From an uncultured Spirochaetia bacterium (GTDB taxonomy: Bacteria; Spirochaetota; Spirochaetia; CAZBHR01), in the NCBI GenBank assembly GCA_964492025.1, contig CAZBHR010000005.1, forward strand, positions 26,305-90,304: 64,000 nucleotides of DNA, written 5' to 3'. Positions 31,506-41,631 of the stretch are shown here, one piece after another. Both the position numbers and the translations under genes were made by a program. The notes under the pieces are model-generated. The model was not told the DNA's origin. It searched no databases and worked only from the letters and a program-made list of their open reading frames with translations. Each line of letters begins with the position of its first letter. Within the stretch, counting starts at the first letter, position 1.

Positions 31506-31763
31506 TAGAGGTATTTCTATCAACCCATCTTTCGCTTCTTGCCAAGCAAATAAATTCTCTACGGATCTAAGGTAAAAAGGGTAGTTCCCCCTTCACTCCT
31601 CTTTTTACACCCTCATTACTTCCGATAATGTATATTCTGTCTACTTAATAGTGTGTAAATACGTGTATTTGTATATTAGATTGTATTATTGATTATATTC
31701 TTAATTATCCGAATAGATTTTTTAGTACTATAAACTGATCCTGTATTTTGCTATATTGACTGC

Positions 31764-32573
31764 ATGACTGATACAGCAAAAACATACGATGAACTATATA
31801 AGGTTATACAGAGACTACGAGCTCCAGATGGTTGTCCCTGGGATAGAAAACAGACACCTAAAACAGTTACAGGGAATTTAATTGAGGAAGCCTATGAGTG
31901 TATTGATGAAATTCTCGATAATTCGGTTGCCGGTGTACGTGAAGAATTAGGAGATATTTTTCTTGTGACAACCCTACTTGGTGTTATATACGAAGAGCAG
32001 AACGATTTTACGCTACAAGAGTGTCTTCAGGAAGTACATGATAAGATTGTACGTCGTCATCCACATGTATTTGGCGATGTTGTAGCAAGTGATCACAATG
32101 AGGCTATTGCTTCATGGAACGCTATAAAGGCTCAGGAAAAGTCAGAGAAAGGAGAAACTGTTAAAAAAATTGATCTTCTTGCAAAATCTCAAAAATCAGC
32201 TCCACCATTAGAACAGGCCTTACACATATCTAAGGCAGCTGTGAAGCTTGGTTTTGAGTGGCCAGATGTTCACGGTGTATGTGACAAGGTTCAAGAAGAA
32301 CTCAATGAAGTTCGTCATGAATTAGAGTCTCAAAACTCCAATCAAGAGCGCATAGAGGAAGAAATTGGAGACCTTCTCTTTACGGTTGTGAATTTAGCTC
32401 GTAAAATTGGTGCTAATCCTGCTGTATTAATGCATAGAGCGAATCGTAAGTTTATGAACCGTTTCTCGCTTATGGAGCAAATTGCAAAGGATCATGGTAC
32501 TGAGCTTTCTCCTGATTTGGATCTTGAGCAGTACGAGCAGTTTTGGAATAAGGCTAAAAATTATGAGGGTTAA
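31764..32573 (+). CDS. mazG: Nucleoside triphosphate pyrophosphohydrolase MazG
   Basis: GCPWDRKQT motif and two EExxE/D MazG domains. No obvious RBS, so the transcript may be leaderless. Confidence 0.85.
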   Translation: MTDTAKTYDELYKVIQRLRAPDGCPWDRKQTPKTVTGNLIEEAYECIDEILDNSVAGVREELGDIFLVTTLLGVIYEEQNDFTLQECLQEVHDKIVRRHPHVFGDVVASDHNEAIASWNAIKAQEKSEKGETVKKIDLLAKSQKSAPPLEQALHISKAAVKLGFEWPDVHGVCDKVQEELNEVRHELESQNSNQERIEEEIGDLLFTVVNLARKIGANPAVLMHRANRKFMNRFSLMEQIAKDHGTELSPDLDLEQYEQFWNKAKNYEG

Positions 32574-32604
32574 GATCTTATTTTAGAGCCTACAGAGAAA
32601 TATA

Positions 32605-32637
32605 AAAAGAGAGCCCTTATAAGAGGCTCTCTTTTTT
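32605..32637. terminator. Bidirectional intrinsic terminator
   Basis: aaaagagagccc-ttataa-gaggctctctttttt, located between the convergent mazG and radical-SAM genes. Confidence 0.7.
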
Positions 32638-32661
32638 GCTTTAAAACGTTGAATAACGGCT

Positions 32662-35055
32662 CTATTTTGCGTTTATATGAGGAAATAGATCGTTGATACT
32701 ACCTAGTGTATCCATAGCCTTTCCTGTCTTGAAATAGAGGTTCTTTCTTGTAACTCTGTGTGTTGCGAGAAAAGTAATCTTATCAAGCCCACTCTTTGTT
32801 ATAGCATCTTTTAGAGGATTCCCTGGTTGGTCTTTTCCTGTAGCGGTTGATGATATTGTGTATGCATCACCGTTAGGTGGAATAACTTCGTAGTCTGATC
32901 CTCCATAATTGGGAGCAAGTTTTATAATTTTCTCATTTTGAGCAACCTCTCCTGGTAACAGAAGGCACTCATTTACAGTTAAACCCTCAAGCATTGCATT
33001 GGTAAACAGCCTTGCAATCATATCCTCATTGTAGTGCGATGGAACTCGTATATAGAGTGATACAACCTCAACCTGAGACTCTATACCTAAGCTTAATGGG
33101 CTGGCAAACTCAATTTTTGGTTTAGGAGTAAACCCTTGGGTGTACATTGGAATAGCACCAATACGAAAAATTGCTTGCTCAAAATGGTGCATAAGGTTTA
33201 TATGTGAAAGATAGATAGCTCGTCCCTGTTTTGAGAACTTTGCAATAACTCTTTTGGGGATAAGATCACTCTGAGATACTCCAGGCTTCTCTGGAATCTG
33301 ATGAGAGTTATCACTATACACCATGGGAGTTTGTTTGTTACACACCCCACAGTGTTTTGTACAAGGTACGTGACAAGGTGCCGTAAGTACTCCTGTTGTA
33401 CTACACTCCATCTCATTGGAGAAAAACTTCTCTGTGGTTCCTATAGAGATGGTATCCCATGGCAGTGCAGATTCTTGGGGTATTTTTTGAGTTATATCGA
33501 TTTCGGTATGCTGTTCTAGTAACTCATGCCATATATCTTTTTGTATATACTCACTCCACGCATCAAGCCGAGCTCCTTTATGGTACGCCTCCTCAATAAG
33601 TGTTCCTATAGAACTATCTCCTCGAGCAACCACACCTTCAAGGTATGAAACAAAGGGATCATGATAGGATATTTTAATACCAGGCCTCTTTAAGTTCTCC
33701 TTGAGATCTCTTAAAATGGCACCACTTTCCCATCCTAATTGAGGTTCTCGCTGGTACGGTGTGTGTGGTTTTGGAATAAATGTTCCTACATTAATACTTA
33801 GATTGATTTTTATTGCAGCCCTAAGAGCCTCAATATATGCGGTTATCTCCTTCACCTCACTCTCTACATCTCCAGGAGGAAGTCCAATCATAAAGTAAAA
33901 TTTAGCCTGATTCCATCCGAGATTTTTTGCTTCTTTGAGAATTGATACTACATGGTCAAAAGAAACTTCCTTATTAATCCCTTTCTGCCAAAGCTCCAAG
34001 GGAGTTTCTACAGCAAATGTAAGACCACTTTTTTTCACCTTAGAAAGCTCTTTCATAATCTCCAAGGTAAAACTATTTACTTTGAGTGATGGAAGACTAA
34101 AACTAATTTTTTCCCCCTCATATCTTGTATGAATAATTGAAAGAAGCTCTTGTAGTCGTGAAAAATCCCCTGTGGAGAGCGATGTGAGCGTTATTCTCTG
34201 GTACCCGCAGGTATAAACTAGAAAATCTATCTCTTGAATAATCGTTGCAATATCCTTTTCACGTAATGGACGGTAAAAGTATCCAGCTTGACAGAATCGG
34301 CACCCATTAGGACACCCTCGCATAACCTCTACAACACCGTGACTTTGGGCTGTTTCAATATGAGGCACAGGATAGTATGTTGGCACCGGTGCTTGTGAAA
34401 ATTCTTTGTATATTGCCCGTGTGGTTATCTCTTTTTTTTCAGGAAACCATATACACGGGTGTTTATGCAAAGCTGCAATCATCTCCTTTCGAGATGCATT
34501 ACGTAGTTTCATATCTCGTAGCTCTGCAATAATCTCACCAAGGTGTGCTTCCGCCTCTCCAATATATACGGCATCTATAAAACGACCTAAAGGCGCTGGG
34601 TTTGTCATAGCAGGACCACCGGCAATTACAATAGGGTGCTCCTCCCCTCTTTTTTCTGTGTGTATTGGAATTCCTCCACACTCTAGAATAGCAAGAATAT
34701 TGGTTGCGGAAAGTTCATATCCTACGGTAAATGCAAGGAGGTCAAGCTCCTTAAGAGGTTGCTGAAACTCTAGTGTTGGCAGTAAAATACCTTCTTTTCT
34801 AAGGAGCTCCTCGAAATCTGGAGCTGGGGAAAACACTCTTTCACAGGTAACTCCTTCTATAAGGTTACACAGGTTATAGATTACTCGAACTGCATTGTTT
34901 GACATACCTATTTCGTAAAGATCAGGAAAGGAAATAGCCATAGCAAAATCACTATTCGACTGTTCAATCTGTGTGCCGAATTCACCTCCCGTATACCTTC
35001 CTGGTAGTGTAACGGTAGATAGTATTTCCTGGAGTTTATTACTGTATGATTTCAT
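32662..35055 (-). CDS. Radical SAM protein, TIGR03960-type with fused C-terminal DUF2344-like domain and B12-binding-like N-terminus
   Basis: CPNGCRFC (CxxxCxxC) radical-SAM motif in a 797-aa protein. Confidence 0.7.
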   Translation of the reverse strand: MKSYSNKLQEILSTVTLPGRYTGGEFGTQIEQSNSDFAMAISFPDLYEIGMSNNAVRVIYNLCNLIEGVTCERVFSPAPDFEELLRKEGILLPTLEFQQPLKELDLLAFTVGYELSATNILAILECGGIPIHTEKRGEEHPIVIAGGPAMTNPAPLGRFIDAVYIGEAEAHLGEIIAELRDMKLRNASRKEMIAALHKHPCIWFPEKKEITTRAIYKEFSQAPVPTYYPVPHIETAQSHGVVEVMRGCPNGCRFCQAGYFYRPLREKDIATIIQEIDFLVYTCGYQRITLTSLSTGDFSRLQELLSIIHTRYEGEKISFSLPSLKVNSFTLEIMKELSKVKKSGLTFAVETPLELWQKGINKEVSFDHVVSILKEAKNLGWNQAKFYFMIGLPPGDVESEVKEITAYIEALRAAIKINLSINVGTFIPKPHTPYQREPQLGWESGAILRDLKENLKRPGIKISYHDPFVSYLEGVVARGDSSIGTLIEEAYHKGARLDAWSEYIQKDIWHELLEQHTEIDITQKIPQESALPWDTISIGTTEKFFSNEMECSTTGVLTAPCHVPCTKHCGVCNKQTPMVYSDNSHQIPEKPGVSQSDLIPKRVIAKFSKQGRAIYLSHINLMHHFEQAIFRIGAIPMYTQGFTPKPKIEFASPLSLGIESQVEVVSLYIRVPSHYNEDMIARLFTNAMLEGLTVNECLLLPGEVAQNEKIIKLAPNYGGSDYEVIPPNGDAYTISSTATGKDQPGNPLKDAITKSGLDKITFLATHRVTRKNLYFKTGKAMDTLGSINDLFPHINAK

Positions 35056-35057
35056 AA

Positions 35058-35993
35058 TTAAAGAACCTTTTCTATTGTAGGTTGATGTTTTGGATCCATA
35101 AGAATGGCTTTACGCCACATAGATCGAGCTTCCATATCCTTCCCATAAGCTTCAAGTATAAGTCCCCGCAAGTAGTACTCGTGGGCTAACTCACCATCAC
35201 TCACAAGAAGTGTGTCTAGAATTCTTTGAGCCTCACCATACCTCTTTTGCTCTATTTTCATCTCAGCTAAAAGGAGTGATGCTATGTACTCTATTTCTGT
35301 ATTGGTAGCAGTACTTGATACCATTAAGAAAGAACTTTCTGCACTATTAAGATCATTTTTCTCAAGTGCAATCTTGCCTTTAAGGAGCTCTGCCATTGGG
35401 TTACCTGTTAGTAGACGGTATTGCTCAATAGAGTCTATAGCATCCTGGGTGTTTCCTATGGCCAGATAAGAGAGACCTTGGAGCAGTAGCGATTCAGGCT
35501 CTCTCTTTAACACAAGTGCCTTATTAAGCCATAAGAGTGCTGCTTCATAGGAGTACCCTGTCATATAATATAACTTACCTAAAAGCGAGAATAGACCGTG
35601 GTTTCCACGAGCCTCGGGCATATTTGCTGCTGTTTGCAACGCATCAATTGCTGATGACAGATACGCCTCTTGTGATTCACCTTCAAGCATAAGGCGGTAC
35701 AGCGAGTATCCATAGATAACAAGATAATCAAAGTTGTTTGGATCATCTTGAAGGGCTTTTTCTGCATTTTTAGCAAGGTAGGAGTAATCCTTGCTATCCC
35801 AGAGAGTTGTGGTAGATGCCTCAACTTCTGCCTGAGCTTTTGCTTGGGAGAAAATTATAGAGAGAACAATAATGTTAATAAGAACCATTGCTCCGAGGAT
35901 TGAGAGAAATATAATTTTTCCTCGTTTACCCTGCTGAGCAGACTTTTTACGTCGCTCATTAGGTTTGTATATATCCTCTGAATAGTTTAGCAT
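35058..35993 (-). CDS. TPR-repeat protein with N-terminal TM anchor
   Basis: TM segment IIFLSILGAMVLINIIVLSIIF followed by TPR-like repeats. The probable start is the ATG at 35993 (RBS GGAG), not the TTG at 36008. There is a 2-nt gap to the radical-SAM gene. Confidence 0.6.
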   Translation of the reverse strand: MLNYSEDIYKPNERRKKSAQQGKRGKIIFLSILGAMVLINIIVLSIIFSQAKAQAEVEASTTTLWDSKDYSYLAKNAEKALQDDPNNFDYLVIYGYSLYRLMLEGESQEAYLSSAIDALQTAANMPEARGNHGLFSLLGKLYYMTGYSYEAALLWLNKALVLKREPESLLLQGLSYLAIGNTQDAIDSIEQYRLLTGNPMAELLKGKIALEKNDLNSAESSFLMVSSTATNTEIEYIASLLLAEMKIEQKRYGEAQRILDTLLVSDGELAHEYYLRGLILEAYGKDMEARSMWRKAILMDPKHQPTIEKVL

Positions 35994-36011
35994 CCCTCTA
36001 TACTCCAATAA

Positions 36012-36345
36012 AAAAGCAGGTTCGTAAGCCGGGTTCTGTTATGGTAATCATCTATCTCCTCGAACCATCTCTGATTCGATCTAGCAGTCTACCCGTGGGA
36101 TACTGGCGAACAACCAACCCACTACATGACCTTGCTCCTGATGAGGTTTACCCTGCCCCCTTTATTACTAAAGGGGCGGTGCGCTCTTACCGCACCATTT
36201 CACCCTTACCGAAAATTCGGCGGTATATTTTCTGTGGCACTTTCTGTCTCTCCTAAGAGAGCCCGGGAGTTACCCGGCATCATGTTCTATGGAGCCCGGA
36301 CTTTCCTCCAACCTGTGGCGATTACCGAACCTGCAGTTATGTTAC
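36012..36345 (-). ncRNA. rnpB: RNase P RNA, bacterial type A
   Basis: The minus strand reads GGAGGAAAGTCCGGGCTCCATAG (P4 5' strand), CAGAAAGTGCCACAGAAAA, and GGTAAGGGTGAAATGGTGCGGTAAGAGCGCACC (P4 3' strand). The 3' end ACAGAACCCGGCTTACGAACCTGC pairs with the 5' GCAGGTTCG to form P1. Boundaries are accurate to about 10 nt. Confidence 0.85.
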
Positions 36346-36346
36346 T

Positions 36347-37144
36347 CTATAAATCGAGATCTGCCATATCAACAAAATCAGAGAGTGCACCAGCTTCAAT
36401 GATGTCATTCTCATCTTCTGCAACCTCTTGCTCCAGATTGCCGTCATAATATAAGATTCGGCTACAGTAGGGGCAAAATAGGAAATCATCTCCAATACGT
36501 ACTTTGTTTACAAAGTCCTGAGGAAGAAGCATGTGACAACCGGTACACTGAGCTCCTTTTACAGGAACAATACCAACTCCCGATTTGTTTCGAGTAATTC
36601 TCTTAAACTTATACAGAATATCCTCATGGATATCGGGTGATAGTTTATTCTCTCTCTCTTCTAAAACCTTCATAGCTTCAGTTTTCTCTTCAACCTGACT
36701 TTCTAGAATCTTGATCTCCTCTGAGATCTCTTCATCTTGCAAGTTAATAATCTCTTCGTCCGCCGCAAGCTTTTGGTTGAGATCAGTTTGCTTTCGTTCT
36801 TCATGTTGGAGAGCTACTCGAATCTTCTGCTCCTCCTCCATGGCTGTCTTAATCTCTTTATCAATGGCCTCGTATTCACGCTGAGTTGTTACGTGGTCCA
36901 TCTTCTTCTCTGACTCCTCTCTCTGAACAGAAGCCTCTTGGAGACGCTGCTTAAAAGCGTCGATTCTTGCAGTTATCTCCTGAAGTTGTTCATTGAGAGC
37001 TAGATAGGACATTTTCATTCTGTTAAGTAATTCTACCTTTTTGTCCAGAACCTTTGGGATCTCTTCTATCTCATGTTGAAGGGCATACTTTTCCGATAAA
37101 ACATCCTGTAATTCTCGGAGGGTATCAAATACCGTTTGCATCAT
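36347..37144 (-). CDS. Coiled-coil / C4 zinc-ribbon protein (COG1579 / DUF164-like)
   Basis: Long heptad-rich region followed by CTGCH...CPYC near the C-terminus. Confidence 0.65.
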   Translation of the reverse strand: MMQTVFDTLRELQDVLSEKYALQHEIEEIPKVLDKKVELLNRMKMSYLALNEQLQEITARIDAFKQRLQEASVQREESEKKMDHVTTQREYEAIDKEIKTAMEEEQKIRVALQHEERKQTDLNQKLAADEEIINLQDEEISEEIKILESQVEEKTEAMKVLEERENKLSPDIHEDILYKFKRITRNKSGVGIVPVKGAQCTGCHMLLPQDFVNKVRIGDDFLFCPYCSRILYYDGNLEQEVAEDENDIIEAGALSDFVDMADLDL

Positions 37145-37184
37145 ACTGATTACTCCTTAAAAAAAATCTATGCAGTATAGCATA

Positions 37185-38981
37185 TTACACATAATCTTTC
37201 AACTGGCGACTTCTTAGGGGGTGACGTAAACGTCGAAGTGCCTTAGCCTCAATCTGTCGGATTCGCTCTCTTGTTACTTCAAAGTAGAGACCAACCTCTT
37301 CTAGAGTAAGAGAGTATCCATCCTCAAGACCAAATCTCATACGAAGTACCTCTTGCTCTCGTTTAGGAAGAGTCTCTAACACTTCACCCATCTGCTCCTG
37401 AAGTAGTTTAAAAGCAGTTTGGCTTGCTGGGTTTTCTACGTCCTTATCTTGAATAAAATCTCCGATCTGGGAATCTTCTTCCTCTCCAATTGGAGTTTCT
37501 AGTGAGATAGGTTCTCGTGCAACACCCTTAACAGATTTTACTCGAGCAACAGTCCAGCCTAGTTCTTTTGCAATCTCCTCATCAGAAGGTTCTCTTCCAT
37601 GGATTTGCATAAGTTGACGGGATTCTCGAACAACCTTATTTATCTGCTCTATCATGTGAACAGGTACTCGGATAGTTCTTGCTTGGTCAGATATTGAACG
37701 TGTAATAGCTTGACGAATCCACCAAGTTGCGTATGTTGAGAATTTGTATCCCTTTCGGTATTCAAACTTTTCAACAGCCTTAATAAGACCTATATTACCT
37801 TCCTGTACAAGATCAAAGAAGTGAAGCCCTCGGTTAGTGTATTTTTTAGCAATACTTACCACGAGCCTAAGGTTTGCTTGAATCAATCTATCCTTAGACC
37901 TTTTCATAAGATCCTTACCTGTTTCAATCTCTCTTGCCTGTTGAAGTATTTTATCAATAGGACACTCAAATTCATTTTCAATTTGGGTGAGTTTTTTCTC
38001 GGTAATTTGGATTTGTCGGATCATCTCTTTAATCTCATCCGCAGAGTACCCAAGATTTTCACACACCTTCTCTCGTTGAGATGGACTTGCAATAGTTCTT
38101 CCTAGGGAGCGTAAATCTTTCTGACTGTTAACCTGTAACTGTTTTTCTAGCTTTCGAACCTCATCTCGGCACGCATAAATAGTTTCCTCGGTTTCGCTGA
38201 ACTTAAGAGAGAAGCTTACCAGCTCTTCCTGCTCTAGTCGAATAGATTTTAACTTTTTAAGTAGCTGTGTTCGCTTTTTTAGAAAGTTTTCATCCGAGGT
38301 TAAGTCCGTATTGTTTCGAATAAGTTCTTCTTTTAGGGTAATATACTGTCGTAATGGGTTACTCATTTTTAACAGTCCCTTATATGCAGAGTATAGTCGT
38401 TTTTGCTCTGAGGCTAAATCTTTCTGCTCTGCCCGTGTTAGGTCAGATTCATCAACGCTTTCATTTAAGAGCAGCTCAATATCACTCATGGCAGATATCA
38501 TAATTCCTGAATCTTTAATTACATGACGAATGATATTTTCACCCTCTTCCATCTGTTTTGATAGAGTAACCTCTTCCTCTGCGGTAAGAAGCTTTTCCCG
38601 TCCAATTTCTCTCAAGTAAAGTTGAATAGGGTCATCAATAGATACATCCTTATCTGCATTGATTACCTTCTTTTTTTCAGGACTTTCCTCGAATGATAGA
38701 CCTGAATCATCATCGCTCTCTTCGTCAAGTACAAGATCATCTTCATTGAGGATATCCTCTTCATCTAATATTTCTGGCTCGTCATCATCAAAGGCAGTGC
38801 CTATAATAATGTTTTGAGCTTCTAAAAGACCAATAACCTCATCTAATCCTTCGCTACTATTTGCAATATCTTCTGGGAGCTTGTCTTGAACTTCCTTTAA
38901 GGTAATTCGTTTATTCTCTTTGCCATAAGCTAGGAGCTCTTTTACCTCTTTCCTCTCTGCCAATTCGGTACTATTCATCAA
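37185..38981 (-). CDS. rpoD: RNA polymerase sigma factor RpoD
   Basis: Regions 1.2 to 4 including [17 protein letters not shown] and an acidic region 1.1, in a 598-aa protein. Confidence 0.95.
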   Translation of the reverse strand: MMNSTELAERKEVKELLAYGKENKRITLKEVQDKLPEDIANSSEGLDEVIGLLEAQNIIIGTAFDDDEPEILDEEDILNEDDLVLDEESDDDSGLSFEESPEKKKVINADKDVSIDDPIQLYLREIGREKLLTAEEEVTLSKQMEEGENIIRHVIKDSGIMISAMSDIELLLNESVDESDLTRAEQKDLASEQKRLYSAYKGLLKMSNPLRQYITLKEELIRNNTDLTSDENFLKKRTQLLKKLKSIRLEQEELVSFSLKFSETEETIYACRDEVRKLEKQLQVNSQKDLRSLGRTIASPSQREKVCENLGYSADEIKEMIRQIQITEKKLTQIENEFECPIDKILQQAREIETGKDLMKRSKDRLIQANLRLVVSIAKKYTNRGLHFFDLVQEGNIGLIKAVEKFEYRKGYKFSTYATWWIRQAITRSISDQARTIRVPVHMIEQINKVVRESRQLMQIHGREPSDEEIAKELGWTVARVKSVKGVAREPISLETPIGEEEDSQIGDFIQDKDVENPASQTAFKLLQEQMGEVLETLPKREQEVLRMRFGLEDGYSLTLEEVGLYFEVTRERIRQIEAKALRRLRHPLRSRQLKDYV

Positions 38982-40773
38982 CTACCATCCTTTGCTTCTT
39001 CAGTTTTTTCTTCTCTTCATCAATGTACATTTTTTCGATTAAGAGATGAGACTCTTTTTCGTGGTCTCCCCTCTTTGCAGCTTGTTCCATGGCAGAAATA
39101 ATTACTCGTTCTCTTGCTTCGAGGTGCTGTAATAAAACGGTATCTACCGCTTGTCGCACATACTCTTTTGGGTTTAACGAGAATCTATCAGATTGAACCG
39201 CTTCTAAAATATACCTATGAAGCTCCTTATTTTCAATATGGTTTAGGAGAATATCCGTAGAAGTTTCATTAATTCTAAAACATTCTTCTAAACCTATATA
39301 TAAAATCTTTGCCCATGGATCTGTAAACTCATCATAGTTTATACGATCCCTCAGATACGAAAAGAGTTCAGGATTTGCCACTACCGCAAACAGTAAGTTT
39401 TGTTCATGACTTCTTGGATTGTATAATGATGGTGCGGTAGTTTCAGGGGTTTCCTTTTTCTGTATTTGATGTACTCTAGGCTTTTTTCTTTGATCCTTAA
39501 TATCTTCAAGAATAGTCTGTACACTTACTCCCAGAAGATTTGCTATCTGTTCAAAGTGACTAATTTTTCGTACTTCCGATGGAATTACTTCAATATACGG
39601 AGCAATCTGCTGAAGAAATCGCTCCTTTCCACGGGGAGTTTGAATCTCTTGGGTTTGTCTAAAGTGGTTGATAAGATACTCAATCCCTCCGGTTGGTTGT
39701 GCCAGAAGTTCTTGAATACCCTTTGGTCCTGCAGAAAGAAGTAAGTCAGCGGGGTCTTTTCCTGAACGGTTTGAAACAACCATGGCCACAATACCCTGAG
39801 CCTCTAAAAGTTGAATTGCCTTAAGAGTAGCCTGAATACCTGCATTATCTGAGTCGAAAAAGATAACAATCTCAGAAACGTAACGCTTTAATACTTGCAC
39901 TTGACCTTCGGTAAAAGCTGTTCCTAATGGTGCAATTGCACCCTCAATTCCTGCTTGGTGAAGAGCAACAACATCAAAATTACCTTCACACAATACCCCT
40001 TTCCCCTCTTTTCTCATCCACGGAGTAGCTCTATGAAGCCCAAATAGGTTGGAACGTTTTCGGTAGATAGAGGATTCCGGTGAGTTTATATATTTAGGTG
40101 CTTTCTCTCTTCCTGTTAAGTCTCTTCCACCAAAGGCAATTACTCTCTGACGTGTATCAATCACAGGAAACATAATACGTCCCGCAAAGAGAGGGTATTT
40201 AGGATGATTCTGAGAGAAGAGTCCTGAGCTTTTTAGAAACTGTGGTGAGTACCCCTTCTTTGTAAGGAAGCTGTAAAGCCAGTTGATATCTGCTGGAGCA
40301 TACCCGAGCCTAAAATTGTTTATTGATTTATCATCAACTCCTCGAGAAAGTAGGTAACTTTTGGCCTTTTCTCCCTCTGGGCTATTATGGAGTATGTATT
40401 GAAAGGCTGATGTGAGTTTTTCATAGAGGTCGAAAAGCTTTTTAGCCTCTTCCTCTTGCTTGGATATTGGTCCATCTGATTTAGGAATAACTATTCCCGC
40501 TTTATCTGCAAGCTTCTCTACAGCATCATGAAATGTGATATTCTCCAAATCCATAAGGAATGTGATCATAGATCCTCCCTTATGACATCCAAAGCAGTAA
40601 AAAAGGTTTTTATCACCATCTACCGAAAAGGATGGAGTTTTTTCATGATGAAAGGGACATAATCCCCAGTGCTTGCCTCCCTTTGAGGTGAGTGTGACGT
40701 GTTCGCCAATAATATCTACCGCACTGAGTCTGAGATTAATCTGGTCTAAAACAGTGTCTGGTATCTTACTCAC
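38971..40773 (-). CDS. dnaG: DNA primase
   Basis: Zinc finger [13 protein letters not shown] and Toprim motif EGNFDVV. Overlaps rpoD by 11 nt. Confidence 0.95.
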   Translation of the reverse strand: MSKIPDTVLDQINLRLSAVDIIGEHVTLTSKGGKHWGLCPFHHEKTPSFSVDGDKNLFYCFGCHKGGSMITFLMDLENITFHDAVEKLADKAGIVIPKSDGPISKQEEEAKKLFDLYEKLTSAFQYILHNSPEGEKAKSYLLSRGVDDKSINNFRLGYAPADINWLYSFLTKKGYSPQFLKSSGLFSQNHPKYPLFAGRIMFPVIDTRQRVIAFGGRDLTGREKAPKYINSPESSIYRKRSNLFGLHRATPWMRKEGKGVLCEGNFDVVALHQAGIEGAIAPLGTAFTEGQVQVLKRYVSEIVIFFDSDNAGIQATLKAIQLLEAQGIVAMVVSNRSGKDPADLLLSAGPKGIQELLAQPTGGIEYLINHFRQTQEIQTPRGKERFLQQIAPYIEVIPSEVRKISHFEQIANLLGVSVQTILEDIKDQRKKPRVHQIQKKETPETTAPSLYNPRSHEQNLLFAVVANPELFSYLRDRINYDEFTDPWAKILYIGLEECFRINETSTDILLNHIENKELHRYILEAVQSDRFSLNPKEYVRQAVDTVLLQHLEARERVIISAMEQAAKRGDHEKESHLLIEKMYIDEEKKKLKKQRMVVDE

Positions 40774-41234
40774 CTCTCCTCCTTAGTTTTCTGGATTTCT
40801 GCAGCCACATCAATAAGTGGTTCTTTATCACGGAGTTTTTGCCACTCTTCTATTGCCTCTTTTGTATGAAGCTCTCCTTGGTTCATGCCAGGACACTCTT
40901 GACTTTCTATAAGCCATGCTCTTTCAGATGAAAGGTTTGCCTCCCAAAATGGGTAACTACGACATTGTAAGGGTCTTCCCTTATAGATTTTACAACCATT
41001 CTCCCAGAAAACACAGTCAAACTTTTCGGTTTCTCTCAGGCTGATTCTTGTGATAGGCCCAAACTCTACCAAGTGACAGTATTTCTCTACAACTTTTTCT
41101 GCTGGTATATTAAGGACCTTAGCAATTCTATCAAGATCCTCTGCAGAGAGGAACACATACCCCTCATCGTGACGGCAGCATGCTGAGCATTGGGTACAGG
41201 TAAATGTAAGTCCTTTATGATAGAATGGTTCCAT
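40770..41234 (-). CDS. YkgJ/UPF0153-family Cys-cluster (CxxCxxCC) protein
   Basis: FTCTQCSACCRHDEGYVF motif. Overlaps the dnaG start by 4 nt. Confidence 0.65.
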   Translation of the reverse strand: MEPFYHKGLTFTCTQCSACCRHDEGYVFLSAEDLDRIAKVLNIPAEKVVEKYCHLVEFGPITRISLRETEKFDCVFWENGCKIYKGRPLQCRSYPFWEANLSSERAWLIESQECPGMNQGELHTKEAIEEWQKLRDKEPLIDVAAEIQKTKEER

Positions 41235-41290
41235 GTTTTTTCCGGATATAAGAATAAAAAAGATGGGCCATAGCCCATCTTTTATTTTAC

Positions 41291-41371
41291 TGGGGAGAGA
41301 AGGATTCGAACCTTCGAAGCTTACGCAACAGATTTACAGTCTGCCCCCTTTGGCCACTCGGGAACCTCCCC
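41291..41371 (-). tRNA. tRNA-Tyr (anticodon GTA)
   Basis: Cloverleaf GGGGAGG...CTCTCCCCA with anticodon loop CTGTAAA and a long variable arm. CCA is not encoded. Confidence 0.8.
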
Positions 41372-41384
41372 AACTTTTTGCAAG

Positions 41385-41411
41385 AATATAGAAAAAGAGG
41401 AGAACTGTCAA
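41385..41411 (-). promoter_or_regulatory. Promoter for tRNA-Tyr: TTGACA-15-TATATT on the minus strand
   Basis: Perfect -35 and good -10, about 13 nt upstream of the mature tRNA 5' end. Confidence 0.5.
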
Positions 41412-41510
41412 CCCCCCTTTTTTTATAATGTAAGAAGTCACAACATATTTTATCTGTTTTTTGTGTATCGGTTGAAAGTAGAGTTTTAAACAGTTTCTCT
41501 GGTAACCCTC

Positions 41511-41539
41511 TTGACGAAAATTCCATAACTGGATATAGT
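41511..41539 (+). promoter_or_regulatory. Promoter for tRNA-Thr: TTGACG-17-TATAGT
   Basis: Consensus-like elements 13 nt upstream of the tRNA. Confidence 0.5.
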
Positions 41540-41552
41540 AGCTGAAGTTGAC

Positions 41553-41626
41553 GCCACCTTAGCTCAGCTGGCCAGAGCACGTGACTTGTAATCTCGGGGT
41601 CGTCAGTTCGAATCTGACAGGTGGCT
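41553..41626 (+). tRNA. tRNA-Thr (anticodon TGT)
   Basis: Acceptor stem GCCACCT/AGGTGGC, anticodon loop CTTGTAA, T-arm GTCAGTTCGAATCTGAC. There is one U-U mismatch in the anticodon stem. Confidence 0.7.
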
Positions 41627-41631
41627 CTTTC

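Noticed and set aside
32662-35055. Radical SAM protein as the anaerobic sulfatase-maturating enzyme for the two sulfatases
   Set aside because: The architecture does not fit. It is 797 aa with a B12-like N-terminal region and a DUF2344-like C-terminus, and it has no SPASM auxiliary Cys clusters. It is also about 30 kb away on the other strand.
36041-36449. Two plus-strand ORFs of 71 and 107 aa
   Set aside because: They lie entirely antisense to the RNase P RNA gene, and their Pro/Leu-rich translations are characteristic of GC-rich structured RNA read as protein.
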